A stretch of 64,000 bases of DNA, taken from Rhodospirillaceae bacterium (GTDB lineage: Bacteria > Pseudomonadota > Alphaproteobacteria > SMXQ01). The translations under genes and the position numbers were made by a program. This document shows, piece by piece, positions 47,318 to 61,836 of this stretch; position 1 is the stretch's first letter, and each line of letters starts with the position of its first letter. The notes beneath the pieces are model-generated. The model had not been told where the DNA came from and made no database searches. It was given only the letters and a program-made list of their open reading frames with translations. Location: the NCBI GenBank assembly GCA_947474495.1, contig CANJIM010000002.1, positions 14,978 through 78,977 of the forward strand, in the 5' to 3' direction.

Positions 47318-48142
47318 CTACGGCACCATATGCGGGCCGCCGAAGCCGTAGACCCAAATCAGCAGGCCGACGCCGAGCGCCACGCGATAGATGACGAACG
47401 GCGTGAAGTTCGCTGTCCGCAGCCAATTCATCAAGAAGGCCACCGTCGCCAGCGAGGCGAGAAACGCACCGCCGGCCGCGAGCGCGGCGTCGTGCAGATG
47501 CGCGCCGCCGTCGGCGCCCTTGGAAATTTCATAGACGCCGAGCAGGCCGGCGCCGAGCGTGACCGGCAATGAGACGAGGAACGAGAAGCGCGCCGCGTCG
47601 CGCCGCTCGAATCCCATGGCGCGGCCGGCGGTCATGGTGATGCCGGAGCGGCTGGTGCCGGGAATCAGCGCGATGCACTGGGCGAGGCCGACGATCAGCG
47701 CGGCTTGCCAAGTCATGTGCTCGATGCGCTTGAGGCGCACACCCCAACGGTCGGCCACGTAAAGCAGGATGCCGAAGATCGTCGCCGTCCAGCCGATGAT
47801 GGCGACGCTGCGCAGCGCCGTCTCGGCATAGTCCTTGATCAAGAGGCCGGCGATCACCGCCGGGATGGTGGCGATGATGACGAAACCGGCGAGCTTGGCG
47901 CCGGGGGTCACTTTGCCGCGCAACAGGTTCAAGAGGCCGACAATCATCGCCAGCACGTCGCGCCAGAAGTAGAGGGCGATGGCGCAGAAGGTGCCGAGAT
48001 GGAGCGAGGCATCGACCATGAGGCCCTGGTCGGGCCAGCCGGTGATCACCGGAACGAGAATGAGATGGGCGGAGGAACTAATGGGCAGGAGTTCGGTCAG
48101 ACCCTGCAGGAGGGCGAGAACAATAATGTTGAGGACGGTCAC
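47318..48142 (-). CDS. uppP: Undecaprenyl-diphosphate phosphatase
   Basis: QGLTELLPISSSAHL, LIPGTSRSGIT, AARFSFL, PFVIYR; GTG start after GGGAG. Confidence 0.93.
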   Translation of the reverse strand: MTVLNIIVLALLQGLTELLPISSSAHLILVPVITGWPDQGLMVDASLHLGTFCAIALYFWRDVLAMIVGLLNLLRGKVTPGAKLAGFVIIATIPAVIAGLLIKDYAETALRSVAIIGWTATIFGILLYVADRWGVRLKRIEHMTWQAALIVGLAQCIALIPGTSRSGITMTAGRAMGFERRDAARFSFLVSLPVTLGAGLLGVYEISKGADGGAHLHDAALAAGGAFLASLATVAFLMNWLRTANFTPFVIYRVALGVGLLIWVYGFGGPHMVP

Positions 48143-48680
48143 GTTCGCTCCCTGACTTGCCCAGGGAGGCCGCGTGGGACGCCCTAGAGCCTTGAATCTG
48201 CGCCGAATCTTGGCCCGGATCGGCTTATAGCACTCTGCCTGGACGGCACGAATCATAAAATTAGGCCCACCGCGTGACCAATCTATGCCGGGCCACCCGG
48301 CGCTAGAGGCGGGAAATTGCTGAATAAATTGCTTTGCAGGGGCAGATAGGTCACCTATATTGACCTTCTTTGGAGATTCTCCTCGCCTGGCTAGGGAAAC
48401 TGGCTTAAGAGGGGCAAAAGCCGCGGCCGGAGAATATTTCGGCCTGCGGAAGGTCTCTTCAGGGAAGAGCCGAGCGATGCCGCGCCCAGGATGGGGCGGA
48501 TCTAACGAAGACACCCAGGGAGGGCGCGTCGGGCAAGGGCCCGCCGGCGGCTTCCGTTTTGCTTGCGCCAGTCACTGCGTTCGTCGGCCCGGGATCGGTC
48601 CCGGGACGCCCGTGCGAGGTCCGGCGGCAGGCGTCACGAATTCGGGCACCGCCCGCGCAACGAGCGAGAGAGACCGCGTC

Positions 48681-50135
48681 ATGTCGCAGCACATGCTGAA
48701 GTTCGTCAAAATCGGCAACCACATGCCCGACAAGCGCGTGGCCGCCGAGCGCAAACGCGACTTCGACGAAATCTACGGCGAGTTCGCTGACGAGGCGGCC
48801 GCGACGCAGGCGAGCCGCTGCTCGCAATGCGGCGTGCCGTTCTGCCAGGTTCATTGCCCGGTCAACAACAACATCCCCGATTGGCTGAAGCTGACGGCTG
48901 AGGGGCGCCTGGAAGAGGCCTACGAAGTCTCCTCGGCGACCAACAATTTCCCGGAGATTTGCGGCCGCATCTGCCCGCAGGATCGTCTGTGCGAAGGCAA
49001 CTGCGTGCTCGAGCAGTCGGGCCATTCGACCGTCACCATCGGCTCGATCGAGAAATACATCACCGACACAGCCTTCGAGCAGGGCTGGGTCAAGCCGGTG
49101 AAACCCAAGCGCGAGCGCGGCCAGTCCGTCGCCATCATCGGCGCCGGCCCCGGCGGCATGGCGGCTGCGATGCAGCTGCGCGCCAAGGGCTACAGCGTCC
49201 ATATCTACGACCGCTACGATCGTGTCGGCGGCCTGATGATTTACGGCATCCCCAGCTTCAAGCTGGAAAAAGAAGTCGTCGAGCGCCGCGCCGAGCTGAT
49301 GAAGCAGTCGGGCATCGAACTGCATCTCGGTTTCGAAGTGGGCCGCGACGCCTCGCTCGACGCGCTGCGCAAGAAGCATGACGCGCTCTTGATCGCCACC
49401 GGCGTTTACAAGGCGCGCGACGCCGCCATGCCCGGCGCCGGCCTCTCGAACATTTTCCCGGCGATGGATTACCTGACGGCCTCGAACCGCAAAGGTCTCG
49501 GCGACAAGGTTCCCGCCTTCGAGGACGGCACGCTCGATGCCGCCGGCAAGGACGTCGTCGTCATCGGCGGCGGCGACACCGCCATGGATTGCGTGCGCAC
49601 CGCCGTGCGCCAGGGCGCCAAGTCGGTGAAGTGCCTCTATCGCCGTGACCGCGCCAACATGCCGGGCTCGCAGCGCGAGGTGAAGCATGCCGAGGAAGAG
49701 GGCGTCGAGTTCGTCTGGCTCGCCCAGCCCGAGGCTTATCTGGGCGATGGCAAGGTGAGCGGCGTGCGCGCCAGCCGCATCCATCTCGGCGTGCCCGACG
49801 CGACGGGCCGCCAGACGCCGCAGGTGCTGCCCGGCTCGCATTTCAACGTGAAGGCCGACATGGTGATCAAGGCCCTCGGCTTCGATCCCGAGGACCTGCC
49901 GACGATGTTCGGCACGCCCGATCTCGGCGTCACCCGCTGGGGCACCTTGAAGGTGAACTACCGCACCATGATGACCAATCTCGACGGCGTGTTCGCCGCC
50001 GGCGACATCGTGCGCGGCGCCTCGCTCGTCGTCTGGGCGATCCGCGATGGCCGCGACGCCGCCGAATGCATGCACAATTATCTCGCCGCCAAGGTCGAAG
50101 CGCGCACCGCGCCGGCCATGGCGTCCGCGTCGTAA
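48681..50135 (+). CDS. gltD: Glutamate synthase small (beta) subunit
   Basis: RCSQCGVPFCQVHCP, CGRICPQDRLCEGNC, GAGPGG, GGGDTAMDC, GDIVRGASLVVWAI. Confidence 0.96.
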   Translation: MSQHMLKFVKIGNHMPDKRVAAERKRDFDEIYGEFADEAAATQASRCSQCGVPFCQVHCPVNNNIPDWLKLTAEGRLEEAYEVSSATNNFPEICGRICPQDRLCEGNCVLEQSGHSTVTIGSIEKYITDTAFEQGWVKPVKPKRERGQSVAIIGAGPGGMAAAMQLRAKGYSVHIYDRYDRVGGLMIYGIPSFKLEKEVVERRAELMKQSGIELHLGFEVGRDASLDALRKKHDALLIATGVYKARDAAMPGAGLSNIFPAMDYLTASNRKGLGDKVPAFEDGTLDAAGKDVVVIGGGDTAMDCVRTAVRQGAKSVKCLYRRDRANMPGSQREVKHAEEEGVEFVWLAQPEAYLGDGKVSGVRASRIHLGVPDATGRQTPQVLPGSHFNVKADMVIKALGFDPEDLPTMFGTPDLGVTRWGTLKVNYRTMMTNLDGVFAAGDIVRGASLVVWAIRDGRDAAECMHNYLAAKVEARTAPAMASAS

Positions 50136-50149
50136 GGGGAGGACAGCGC

Positions 50150-54697
<4,548 letters not shown>

Positions 54698-54873
54698 GGG
54701 CAATCGACTCACGCACTTCACGGTTCTGTAACCCACAGAATCGTGAAGATGCGCGGTTGGCCGGCTGCGCCAATGGCTTGGCCAAGTCTGCCTTTGCCCT
54801 TAGACTTCGCCGGCTCGCGACCGTTGCCAGAAAGGCGGCGGCGGGAGTGGGGCGAGAACAAGGGGACGATCTC

Positions 54874-55719
54874 ATGCGACGGGCAACGACGGCGCTTTAC
54901 CGCTGTGCCGCGATTCTGTTCGCCGCCAGTCTCGCCGCGTCCGCTGCCGCCCAAGACGCTCCCGACGGCACCTTCATCGGCGATGTGCCCTATGTGGCGA
55001 CGCCGCAAGACGTGGTCGAGAGGATGCTCGACCTCGCCAAGGTCGGCGCGGGCGATTACGTCATCGACCTCGGCTCGGGCGACGGCCGTCTGGTGGTGAC
55101 GGCGGCGCAGCGCGGCGCCCAAGGCTTCGGCGTCGATCTCGATCCCAAGCGCATCGCCGAATCGATCGAGAACGCCAAGAAGGCCGGCGTGTCCGAGCGC
55201 GCGCAATTTTTCCAGCGCGACCTGTTCGAGACCGACTTCAGCCGCGCCACCGTGCTGACCATGTATCTATTGCCCGACATCAATATCGCGCTGCGTCCGA
55301 AGGTACTGGGACTCAAGCCCGGCACGCGCGTCGTCAGCCATGATTTTCATATGGGCGATTGGGAGCCCGATCAGCGAATCCGCATGATCTCGAAGCTCAC
55401 CCATTACGAGAGCAACGCCTATCTTTGGATCGTGCCGGCGCAAGCCGCAGGCGGCTGGCAGGCAGAGGGCGCCGATCCCATCAGGTTTGAGATCAGCCAG
55501 ACCTTTCAGCAGATCAAGCTGCAGGCGCGCAGCGCGTCAGGGTCGCTCAACGCCGAAGACGCGCGTCTGACCGGCGACCGCATTACGTTCAAAGCTGGCG
55601 TGCCGGGCGGACCGCTGCGCGCGTACGAAGGCCGTATCGACGGCGACGCCATCAGCGGCGTGATTCGCGACGGCGCCAAGGAAACTCCGTGGCGCGCGCG
55701 GCGCGCGGCGACGAAATAA
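54874..55719 (+). CDS. Class I SAM-dependent methyltransferase with predicted signal peptide and C-terminal beta-rich domain
   Basis: MRRATTALYRCAAILFAASLAASAAA-QD signal peptide; VPYVATP, motif I IDLGSGDGR, GVDLDP, TMYLLP, PGTRVVSHDF. Confidence 0.8.
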   Translation: MRRATTALYRCAAILFAASLAASAAAQDAPDGTFIGDVPYVATPQDVVERMLDLAKVGAGDYVIDLGSGDGRLVVTAAQRGAQGFGVDLDPKRIAESIENAKKAGVSERAQFFQRDLFETDFSRATVLTMYLLPDINIALRPKVLGLKPGTRVVSHDFHMGDWEPDQRIRMISKLTHYESNAYLWIVPAQAAGGWQAEGADPIRFEISQTFQQIKLQARSASGSLNAEDARLTGDRITFKAGVPGGPLRAYEGRIDGDAISGVIRDGAKETPWRARRAATK

Positions 55720-55777
55720 CCACAAGGCCCAGCGAACCCTCTCACCCCTTCTCATCCCCGCATAGGCGAGTTTCTGC

Positions 55778-57130
55778 ATGACCCAGAATTCTTCCGCGCA
55801 GCCGGTGCAGTCGCTGTCGCAGTTCGACGCGATCGCCATGATCGTCGGCATCGTCATCGGTATCGGCATCTTTACCTTTCCGGCGCTGGTGGCGATGAAC
55901 GCCGCGAGCGAGACCGATGTGCTGCTGCTCTGGGCCGGCGGCGGTTTGATCTCGCTGATCGGTGCGCTTTGTTATGCCGAGCTGTGCAGCGCCTATCCCA
56001 GCGCCGGCGGCGAATATCACTTCATCACCAAGGCGTTCGGCCGCGACGTCGGTTTCATCTTCGCTTGGGCGCGGCTCGGCGTGATTCAAACCGGCGCCAT
56101 CGCGCTCGTCTGCTTCATCCTCGGCGACTACGCGACCCGTCTCTACAGTCTCGGCACCTACAGTTCGGCGGTTTATGCCGGTGTTTCCGTCATCGTGCTG
56201 ACCGCCGCCAACCTACTCGGCGCAAAACCGGGCAAGATGCTGCAGAATCTGCTGGCCAGCGGCATCATCATCATTCTCGCCTCCGCTATTCTCGGCGGCT
56301 TGATCAACGGATTGACGGGCTCCACGGCCGTGGCGCCTTCCGCTGGTGGCGGCGTCAGCACGGCCATCGGCACGGCGATGATCTTCATTCTGCTGACCTA
56401 CGGCGGCTGGAACGAAGCGGCTTATCTGTCGGCGGAAGTGAAGAATCCCGGCCGCAACATGGTTCGCGTCATGGTCGCCAGCCTGTTGCTGATCACGCTG
56501 ATCTACGTCCTGATCAATGTCGCATACTTGCGTGTGCTCGGCCTTGAGGGCATGCGCCAGGGCACCACCATCGGTGCCGAACTGATGCAGCGCGAATTTG
56601 GCACGGCCGGCGCGCTGGTGCTGACCGGCGCCGTCATCTTCGCAGCGCTGTCGACCGCCAACGCGACGATCTTCACCGGTGCGCGGACCAATTATGCGCT
56701 CGGTCAGAATTTTGCGCCGCTCGCTGCCCTTGGTCGGTGGGATGAGCAGCGCGACACGCCGCGCAATGCCCTTGTGGTGCAGGGCGTCATCGCGCTGGTG
56801 CTGGTGGTGGTCGGTGCGGTCACGCTGGACGGCGTCAAGGCGATGGTCAATTACGTCACGCCGGTGTTCTGGTTTTTCATGCTGCTCACCGCACTCTCGC
56901 TGTTCGTGCTGCGGTTTCGCGATCCGGGCGCGCCGCGCCCGTTCCGCGTACCGCTGTATCCGGTGACGCCGGCGATCTTCGTTCTCACTTGCGGCTTTAT
57001 GCTGCATTCGGGCGTCGATTTTGCCCTCATGACCTATGCCGGTCTGCCATCGCTGCTCGGTCTCGGCATTGTGCTGCTCGGCGTGCCGCTGCTCGTTTGG
57101 GGCCGTGTGCGGGCAAAAGTTGGGTCCTGA
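55778..57130 (+). CDS. APC-superfamily amino acid permease (LAT/SteT-like)
   Basis: IVGIVIGIGIF, LCYAELCSAYPSAGGEY, TYGGWNEAAYLSAEVKNP, RPFRVPLYP; about 12 TM segments. Confidence 0.9.
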   Translation: MTQNSSAQPVQSLSQFDAIAMIVGIVIGIGIFTFPALVAMNAASETDVLLLWAGGGLISLIGALCYAELCSAYPSAGGEYHFITKAFGRDVGFIFAWARLGVIQTGAIALVCFILGDYATRLYSLGTYSSAVYAGVSVIVLTAANLLGAKPGKMLQNLLASGIIIILASAILGGLINGLTGSTAVAPSAGGGVSTAIGTAMIFILLTYGGWNEAAYLSAEVKNPGRNMVRVMVASLLLITLIYVLINVAYLRVLGLEGMRQGTTIGAELMQREFGTAGALVLTGAVIFAALSTANATIFTGARTNYALGQNFAPLAALGRWDEQRDTPRNALVVQGVIALVLVVVGAVTLDGVKAMVNYVTPVFWFFMLLTALSLFVLRFRDPGAPRPFRVPLYPVTPAIFVLTCGFMLHSGVDFALMTYAGLPSLLGLGIVLLGVPLLVWGRVRAKVGS

Positions 57131-57195
57131 AAACCGCAAAATTTGACTGTCCGGCGCACTTGGCCGGAACCGGCTCCTCCTGTAGATTGCCGCCC

Positions 57196-57873
57196 ATGCG
57201 CCGCCTCTATCATCTCTGGCTTTCGCCATTCAGCCGTAAAGTTCGTATCGTCCTGGCCGAGAAGGGTCTGGAGTTCGAGATGAAGGTCGAGAAAACCTGG
57301 GAGCGCCGCCCCGAGTTTCTCGGCATGAATCCGGCGGGCCAGGTGCCGGTCCTGGTCGAGGACGACGGCACCACCATCGTCGACAGCGGCGTCATCTGCG
57401 AATATCTCGAAGAGGTGCATCCGTCGGAGAAGGGCAAGTCGCTCTATGGGCCGACGCCCGCGGCGCGCGCCGAAGTCCGCCGCCTAGTCGCTTGGTTCGA
57501 TCTCAAATTCCAGCGCGAGGTGACGGTCAATCTCGTCGGTGAGAAAATCCAGAAGCGATTCTTGGGGCTCGGCCAGCCCGATTCGAGCGCGATCCGCGCC
57601 GGTCATGCCAATATCCACATGCATCTCGATTACATCGCTTATCTCACCGAGCGGCGCAGCTGGCTCGCCGGCGAAGATTTCTCGCTGGCGGATATTGCCG
57701 CGGCGGCGCATCTCTCTTGCCTCGATTATGTCGGCGACGTGCCGTGGGACGATCATCCGGAAGCGCGCGTCTGGTATGCGCGCATCAAGTCGCGCAAGAC
57801 CTTCCGGCCGATCCTCGCCGACCATATTCCCGGCGTGCCGCCGCCGAAACATTACGCTGACCCGGATTTCTAG
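57196..57873 (+). CDS. fzlA: GST-fold FtsZ-binding protein FzlA
   Basis: SPFSRKVR, NPAGQVPVL, RAEVRRLVAWFD.KF, AAHLSCLDY.GDVPW, C-terminal HYADPDF typical of the FzlA clade. Confidence 0.75.
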   Translation: MRRLYHLWLSPFSRKVRIVLAEKGLEFEMKVEKTWERRPEFLGMNPAGQVPVLVEDDGTTIVDSGVICEYLEEVHPSEKGKSLYGPTPAARAEVRRLVAWFDLKFQREVTVNLVGEKIQKRFLGLGQPDSSAIRAGHANIHMHLDYIAYLTERRSWLAGEDFSLADIAAAAHLSCLDYVGDVPWDDHPEARVWYARIKSRKTFRPILADHIPGVPPPKHYADPDF

Positions 57874-57936
57874 GGCCGACTTTAGAATGTTCGCGCGCGC
57901 GTTTCGGAGCGCAGCGCTTTTCCCGTAAGGACCGTC

Positions 57937-58392
57937 ATGACCGATACGAAACTTCCGCCCGCGCACCCGGACGCGCTCGAAGGCCCGCATGGCCTCGTCT
58001 GCCAAGCCTATTTGAACGGCGATATGCATCTTGGGCTGAAATATCTCGAACTGAATAAACGCAGCTCGCCGGTCTTCAGCTGGTTCACGAACCTCATTCC
58101 CTACGCATTTCTGATCATTATCGTGGGCAACTACACCTACGAGTACGGTTACATCGGCTTCTCGGCCAGTCTGATCGGTACCGGCGCGCTGATGTTCTTC
58201 TTCATGCCGCGCTGGCTCGCCAAGAAGGTGCGCGTGCGCGCTCTGGCCATGGCGCTCGGCAGCGAAGCCGGGTGGGACAAGCTGTGGGCCGCGGGCGGCA
58301 TTGGCTTGCGACTGGCCAAGGATCCGAGCATTGGCGCCGATTCGCCGGGCGATGACTGGCGCGTCTTCGCCAACACCTATCTCAAGGATTAA
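57937..58392 (+). CDS. Hypothetical two-TM membrane protein
   Basis: AAGGA RBS, normal codon usage, two hydrophobic segments; no family recognised. Confidence 0.7.
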   Translation: MTDTKLPPAHPDALEGPHGLVCQAYLNGDMHLGLKYLELNKRSSPVFSWFTNLIPYAFLIIIVGNYTYEYGYIGFSASLIGTGALMFFFMPRWLAKKVRVRALAMALGSEAGWDKLWAAGGIGLRLAKDPSIGADSPGDDWRVFANTYLKD

Positions 58393-58500
58393 CGGCGCAA
58401 TCTCGAGTTCCCGATTGGGGGACCGCGCGCCATAGTTTCGCCGCCTTCGCCGTCCTATGATCGGTCCCCCATTGACCGACCTATGACCGGAGGTCTTGCC

Positions 58501-59244
58501 ATGCGCGTCTTTTCCACCACCTCGCTGCGTTCCCTGCTGGCCGCCGGCCCGGCTGTCATCCCGGTGCTTGGCGCGCTCTTGAGCGCGGTCACCGCCATCG
58601 GTCAGGCGCAGGCGCAAGCGGCGGACCTGCCACGCGACGAAATCGTGCTGCAGCTCTCCGCCGAAGACTGGGTCGAGACCAAGACGGCGCGCGTCGTCGC
58701 CGCGGCGGACGTCGCGATCGCCGGCGAGAACCGCGCCAGCGTGCGTGACCGCATGCTCGATGCCTTGAAGAAATTGTCGCCCGAGGCCGATTGGCGCTTG
58801 AGCCAATTCGCGCGCAGCCAGGATTCGGCCGGCCTCGAGCGCTGGCGCGTCACCGCCGAAGCGCGCTTGCCGGAAAAGTCCCTCGGCGGCCTCGATGATC
58901 GCGCCAAATCCTTGAGCCAGCCCGGTCTACAGTTGCGCATCGCGGCGACGCAATTCATGCCGACATTGGACGAGCGCGAAGCGACGTTGGCGAAACTGCG
59001 CGCGGCCCTCTACGCCAAGGCCAAGGCGGAAGCCGAGCAGGCGGCCAAGACTTGGCCGGATCGCGCCTATCGCGTCGCACGGGTCGATTTCCAGCAAATC
59101 GGGATACCGATGGCACGTCTGGCGGCGCAAGAAGCGATGCCGATGGCGGCGGGGGGCGGCGCGTCCTTCGCGCCGGGCGACGATCTTGCCGTGGCCCAGA
59201 AACTGACGCTGCAAGCGACGGTCACGCTGGCGCCGAGTAAATAA
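58501..59244 (+). CDS. Exported SIMPL (DUF541)-like protein
   Basis: Signal peptide ending AQAQA; beta-alpha organisation ending ARVDF...KLTLQATVTL; GGAGG RBS. Confidence 0.6.
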   Translation: MRVFSTTSLRSLLAAGPAVIPVLGALLSAVTAIGQAQAQAADLPRDEIVLQLSAEDWVETKTARVVAAADVAIAGENRASVRDRMLDALKKLSPEADWRLSQFARSQDSAGLERWRVTAEARLPEKSLGGLDDRAKSLSQPGLQLRIAATQFMPTLDEREATLAKLRAALYAKAKAEAEQAAKTWPDRAYRVARVDFQQIGIPMARLAAQEAMPMAAGGGASFAPGDDLAVAQKLTLQATVTLAPSK

Positions 59245-59262
59245 ACGTCCTGCCAATAAGCG

Positions 59263-60075
59263 TTAGGGCTTTTTCGCGGGCGCTTTGGTCGGCGCCGGCG
59301 ATGCCGGCGTTTGGCCCAGAGTTTTCAGGCGTTTTGCCGCTTCCTGGGCCTGGATGGTTTTCGGCGCGCTCTTGATGAGCGCCTGATAATCCTCGCGTGC
59401 GCCGCCGAGGTCCTTGCGGGCTTCGCGGATTTGCGCCCGTTCGAACAGGGCTTCCGGGCTGCGCTGCGACAGCGACACGGCGCGGTTGACATCGTCCAGC
59501 GCGAGATCGAACGAGCCGACATGACGATAGGCAGCGGCGCGATAGAGCCACGCCTCCGGACGGTTGGCGTCGCTATCGATGGCGGCGTTGAGATCGTCGA
59601 TCGCCTCGAAGAAATGGCCGGAATCATCGCGCGCCACGGCGCGGTCGATCAAAAGATCGGCATTGCCCGGCTTGATCGCCAAGGCGCGATCGAACGCGCC
59701 GATGGCACGCTCGTTGAGGCCGGCGAGATAATAGGCTTGCCCTGCTTGGCCGTAGAGGTCGGCCTTGAACGGCAGAATTTCCTCCATGGCATCAGCCGCC
59801 AAATCCTCGAAGATCTTGCCGGCCTGAATATATTGTTCCTTTTGCGCCAGCGCGACGCCGAGGCAATGGCGCGCGGCAAAATTCGCGCCCTTTTCCCACC
59901 AGGCTTTGGCGCGAGTAATGGCGGCGTCGGGATCCTTCGCTGCCAGCTTCAAACACTCGTTGTAGTCAGAGTTGTGCTGGTCGAAGGTGACTTGCGCCTT
60001 GGCAGGCACGGCGAACAGCAGGCCGGCCAGGAGGCTGGCAAGGATGGTCGGGGCGAAGTGGATATGAGTGCTCAT
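59263..60075 (-). CDS. Exported tetratricopeptide-repeat protein
   Basis: Signal peptide ending PAKA-Q; TPR units (AIGAFDRALAIKPGNADLLIDRA and similar). Confidence 0.8.
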   Translation of the reverse strand: MSTHIHFAPTILASLLAGLLFAVPAKAQVTFDQHNSDYNECLKLAAKDPDAAITRAKAWWEKGANFAARHCLGVALAQKEQYIQAGKIFEDLAADAMEEILPFKADLYGQAGQAYYLAGLNERAIGAFDRALAIKPGNADLLIDRAVARDDSGHFFEAIDDLNAAIDSDANRPEAWLYRAAAYRHVGSFDLALDDVNRAVSLSQRSPEALFERAQIREARKDLGGAREDYQALIKSAPKTIQAQEAAKRLKTLGQTPASPAPTKAPAKKP

Positions 60076-60138
60076 GGCGTCAAGATGGGCATGCCGGCGG
60101 CGCTTGTCTAGCTTCGGATTCTGGCTTCTTATGCGGCC

Positions 60139-61020
60139 ATGATCGCATCCGATAAACGTCTGTTCTGCTTCGGCCTCGGCACCTCGGCGCTCGCGCTTGC
60201 CGGCGGGCTCAAAGCCGAGGGTTGGCGCATCGCCGGCACCTGCCGCAGTGGCGAGAAAGCCGCGGCGCTGGCCGCCCGCGCCATCGACACTTATCGCTTC
60301 GATGGCGAAGCGCCGATGGCGAACCCTGGCGCGGCGCTGGCCGGCGCGACGCATCTCTTGATCTCCGCGCCGCCGGGCGCAGATGGCGATCCCGTGCTGC
60401 GCTGGCATGCGGCGGACATAGCCGGCCTCGCGTCCTTGCAATGGCTCGGCTATCTCTCGACCACCGGCGTCTATGGCGACCGCCAAGGGGACTGGGTCGA
60501 TGAGGAATCGCCGCTGGAGCCGAGCGGCGAACGCGGCCATCGCCGCGTCGCGGCCGAGACAGGCTGGCTCGATCTCTGGCGGCGGCATGGAGTGCCGGTG
60601 CAACTCTTTCGCCTCGCCGGCATCTACGGACCGGACAGCAACGCGCTCGCCACGGTTCGCGCCGGGCGGGGACAACGCGTCGATAAGCCGGGCCAGGTAT
60701 TCTCGCGCATTCATGTGGACGACATCGCGCAAGTGCTACGCGCGTCGATGGCGAAACCCAATCCCGGCGCGGCCTACAATGTGTGTGACGACAATCCGGC
60801 GGCGCCCGAAGAGGTGATCCGCTATGCCTGCGAATTGCTCGGGCTGACGCCGCCGCCTTTGGTGCCGTTCGAGACTGCGCAGCTTTCACCCATGGCGCGC
60901 AGCTTCTATGACGACAACAAGCGGGTGCGCAACGACCGCATCAAAGGCGAGCTTGGCGTCGCTCTGAAATATCCCGATTACAAGGCGGGATTGCAGGCGA
61001 TCTTGCAGGGCGAGAGATAA
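60139..61020 (+). CDS. Atypical SDR / NAD-dependent epimerase (YeeZ-like)
   Basis: FCFGLG, YLSTTGVYGD..G.WVDE, RLAGIYGP, FSRIHVDDI, YNVCDD, SFYDDNKRV.N. Confidence 0.85.
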   Translation: MIASDKRLFCFGLGTSALALAGGLKAEGWRIAGTCRSGEKAAALAARAIDTYRFDGEAPMANPGAALAGATHLLISAPPGADGDPVLRWHAADIAGLASLQWLGYLSTTGVYGDRQGDWVDEESPLEPSGERGHRRVAAETGWLDLWRRHGVPVQLFRLAGIYGPDSNALATVRAGRGQRVDKPGQVFSRIHVDDIAQVLRASMAKPNPGAAYNVCDDNPAAPEEVIRYACELLGLTPPPLVPFETAQLSPMARSFYDDNKRVRNDRIKGELGVALKYPDYKAGLQAILQGER

Positions 61021-61044
61021 AAGCCCGCTCGTGCGCCCCGCGAG

Positions 61045-61812
61045 CTAGAAGCCCGCTCTTGCGCTCAACGCGACGACGGCTTCGCGGATCTGCGCCAAGT
61101 CCTGCTCGCGCGACAGGCGGTGATCACCGTCCTTGATCAGCGTGATGGTGACATCGCCGCTCGTCAGCTTGTCGGCGATGCGCAGGCTAAGGCCGTAGGG
61201 CACGTCGCCGTCCTTCATGCCGTGCAACAGATGCGCCGGACACTCGAGGGCGATGGGGCCGCCGAGCAATTGCAGCTTGCGGCCATCCTCGATCAATTTG
61301 CGCGAGATCATGTAGGGTTGGTCGCTATAGGCCGAAGGTTGGGCGAACATGCCGTCGCGCATCAGCGTTTCGCGGTCGGCGAAGCTGAGCTCGTTCCACA
61401 CCAGTTCCTCGGTGAAATCCGGCGCCGCGGCGATGCCGACGATGCCGACGACACGCTCATGCCGGGCGAGCGCCGCGTGCAGCATGATCCAGCCGCCCAT
61501 CGAGGAGCCGACCAGCAGCAGCGGCCCGGCCGTCGCCGCGTCGATGACGTCGAGGGCGTCGTCGAGCCAGTCCTGCAGGCCGGTTTCGGCGAAAACCCCT
61601 TCGGATTGGCCATGCGCCCGGTAATCGAACCGCAGCATGGCCTGGCCGCGCGCCTGGCAGAAATCCGACAGGTCCTGGACCTTCTTGCCGCTCATGTCGG
61701 ACATGAAGCCGGAAAAGAACACCACGGTCGGCCCGCGCCCCGGATCGGCACGATAGGCAAGGGTGGGGCGGCCGGCGCGGGCGAGGGATGCGGGCTTCTG
61801 TTGCAACGGCAT
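61045..61812 (-). CDS. Alpha/beta hydrolase (ABHD10-like)
   Basis: GFMSDMSG.K, RFDY.AHG.S, GSSMGGW nucleophile elbow, HGMKD.DVP, DGDHRLSR. Confidence 0.88.
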   Translation of the reverse strand: MPLQQKPASLARAGRPTLAYRADPGRGPTVVFFSGFMSDMSGKKVQDLSDFCQARGQAMLRFDYRAHGQSEGVFAETGLQDWLDDALDVIDAATAGPLLLVGSSMGGWIMLHAALARHERVVGIVGIAAAPDFTEELVWNELSFADRETLMRDGMFAQPSAYSDQPYMISRKLIEDGRKLQLLGGPIALECPAHLLHGMKDGDVPYGLSLRIADKLTSGDVTITLIKDGDHRLSREQDLAQIREAVVALSARAGF

Positions 61813-61836
61813 GACCTTTCAGGCAATTACTGACGG

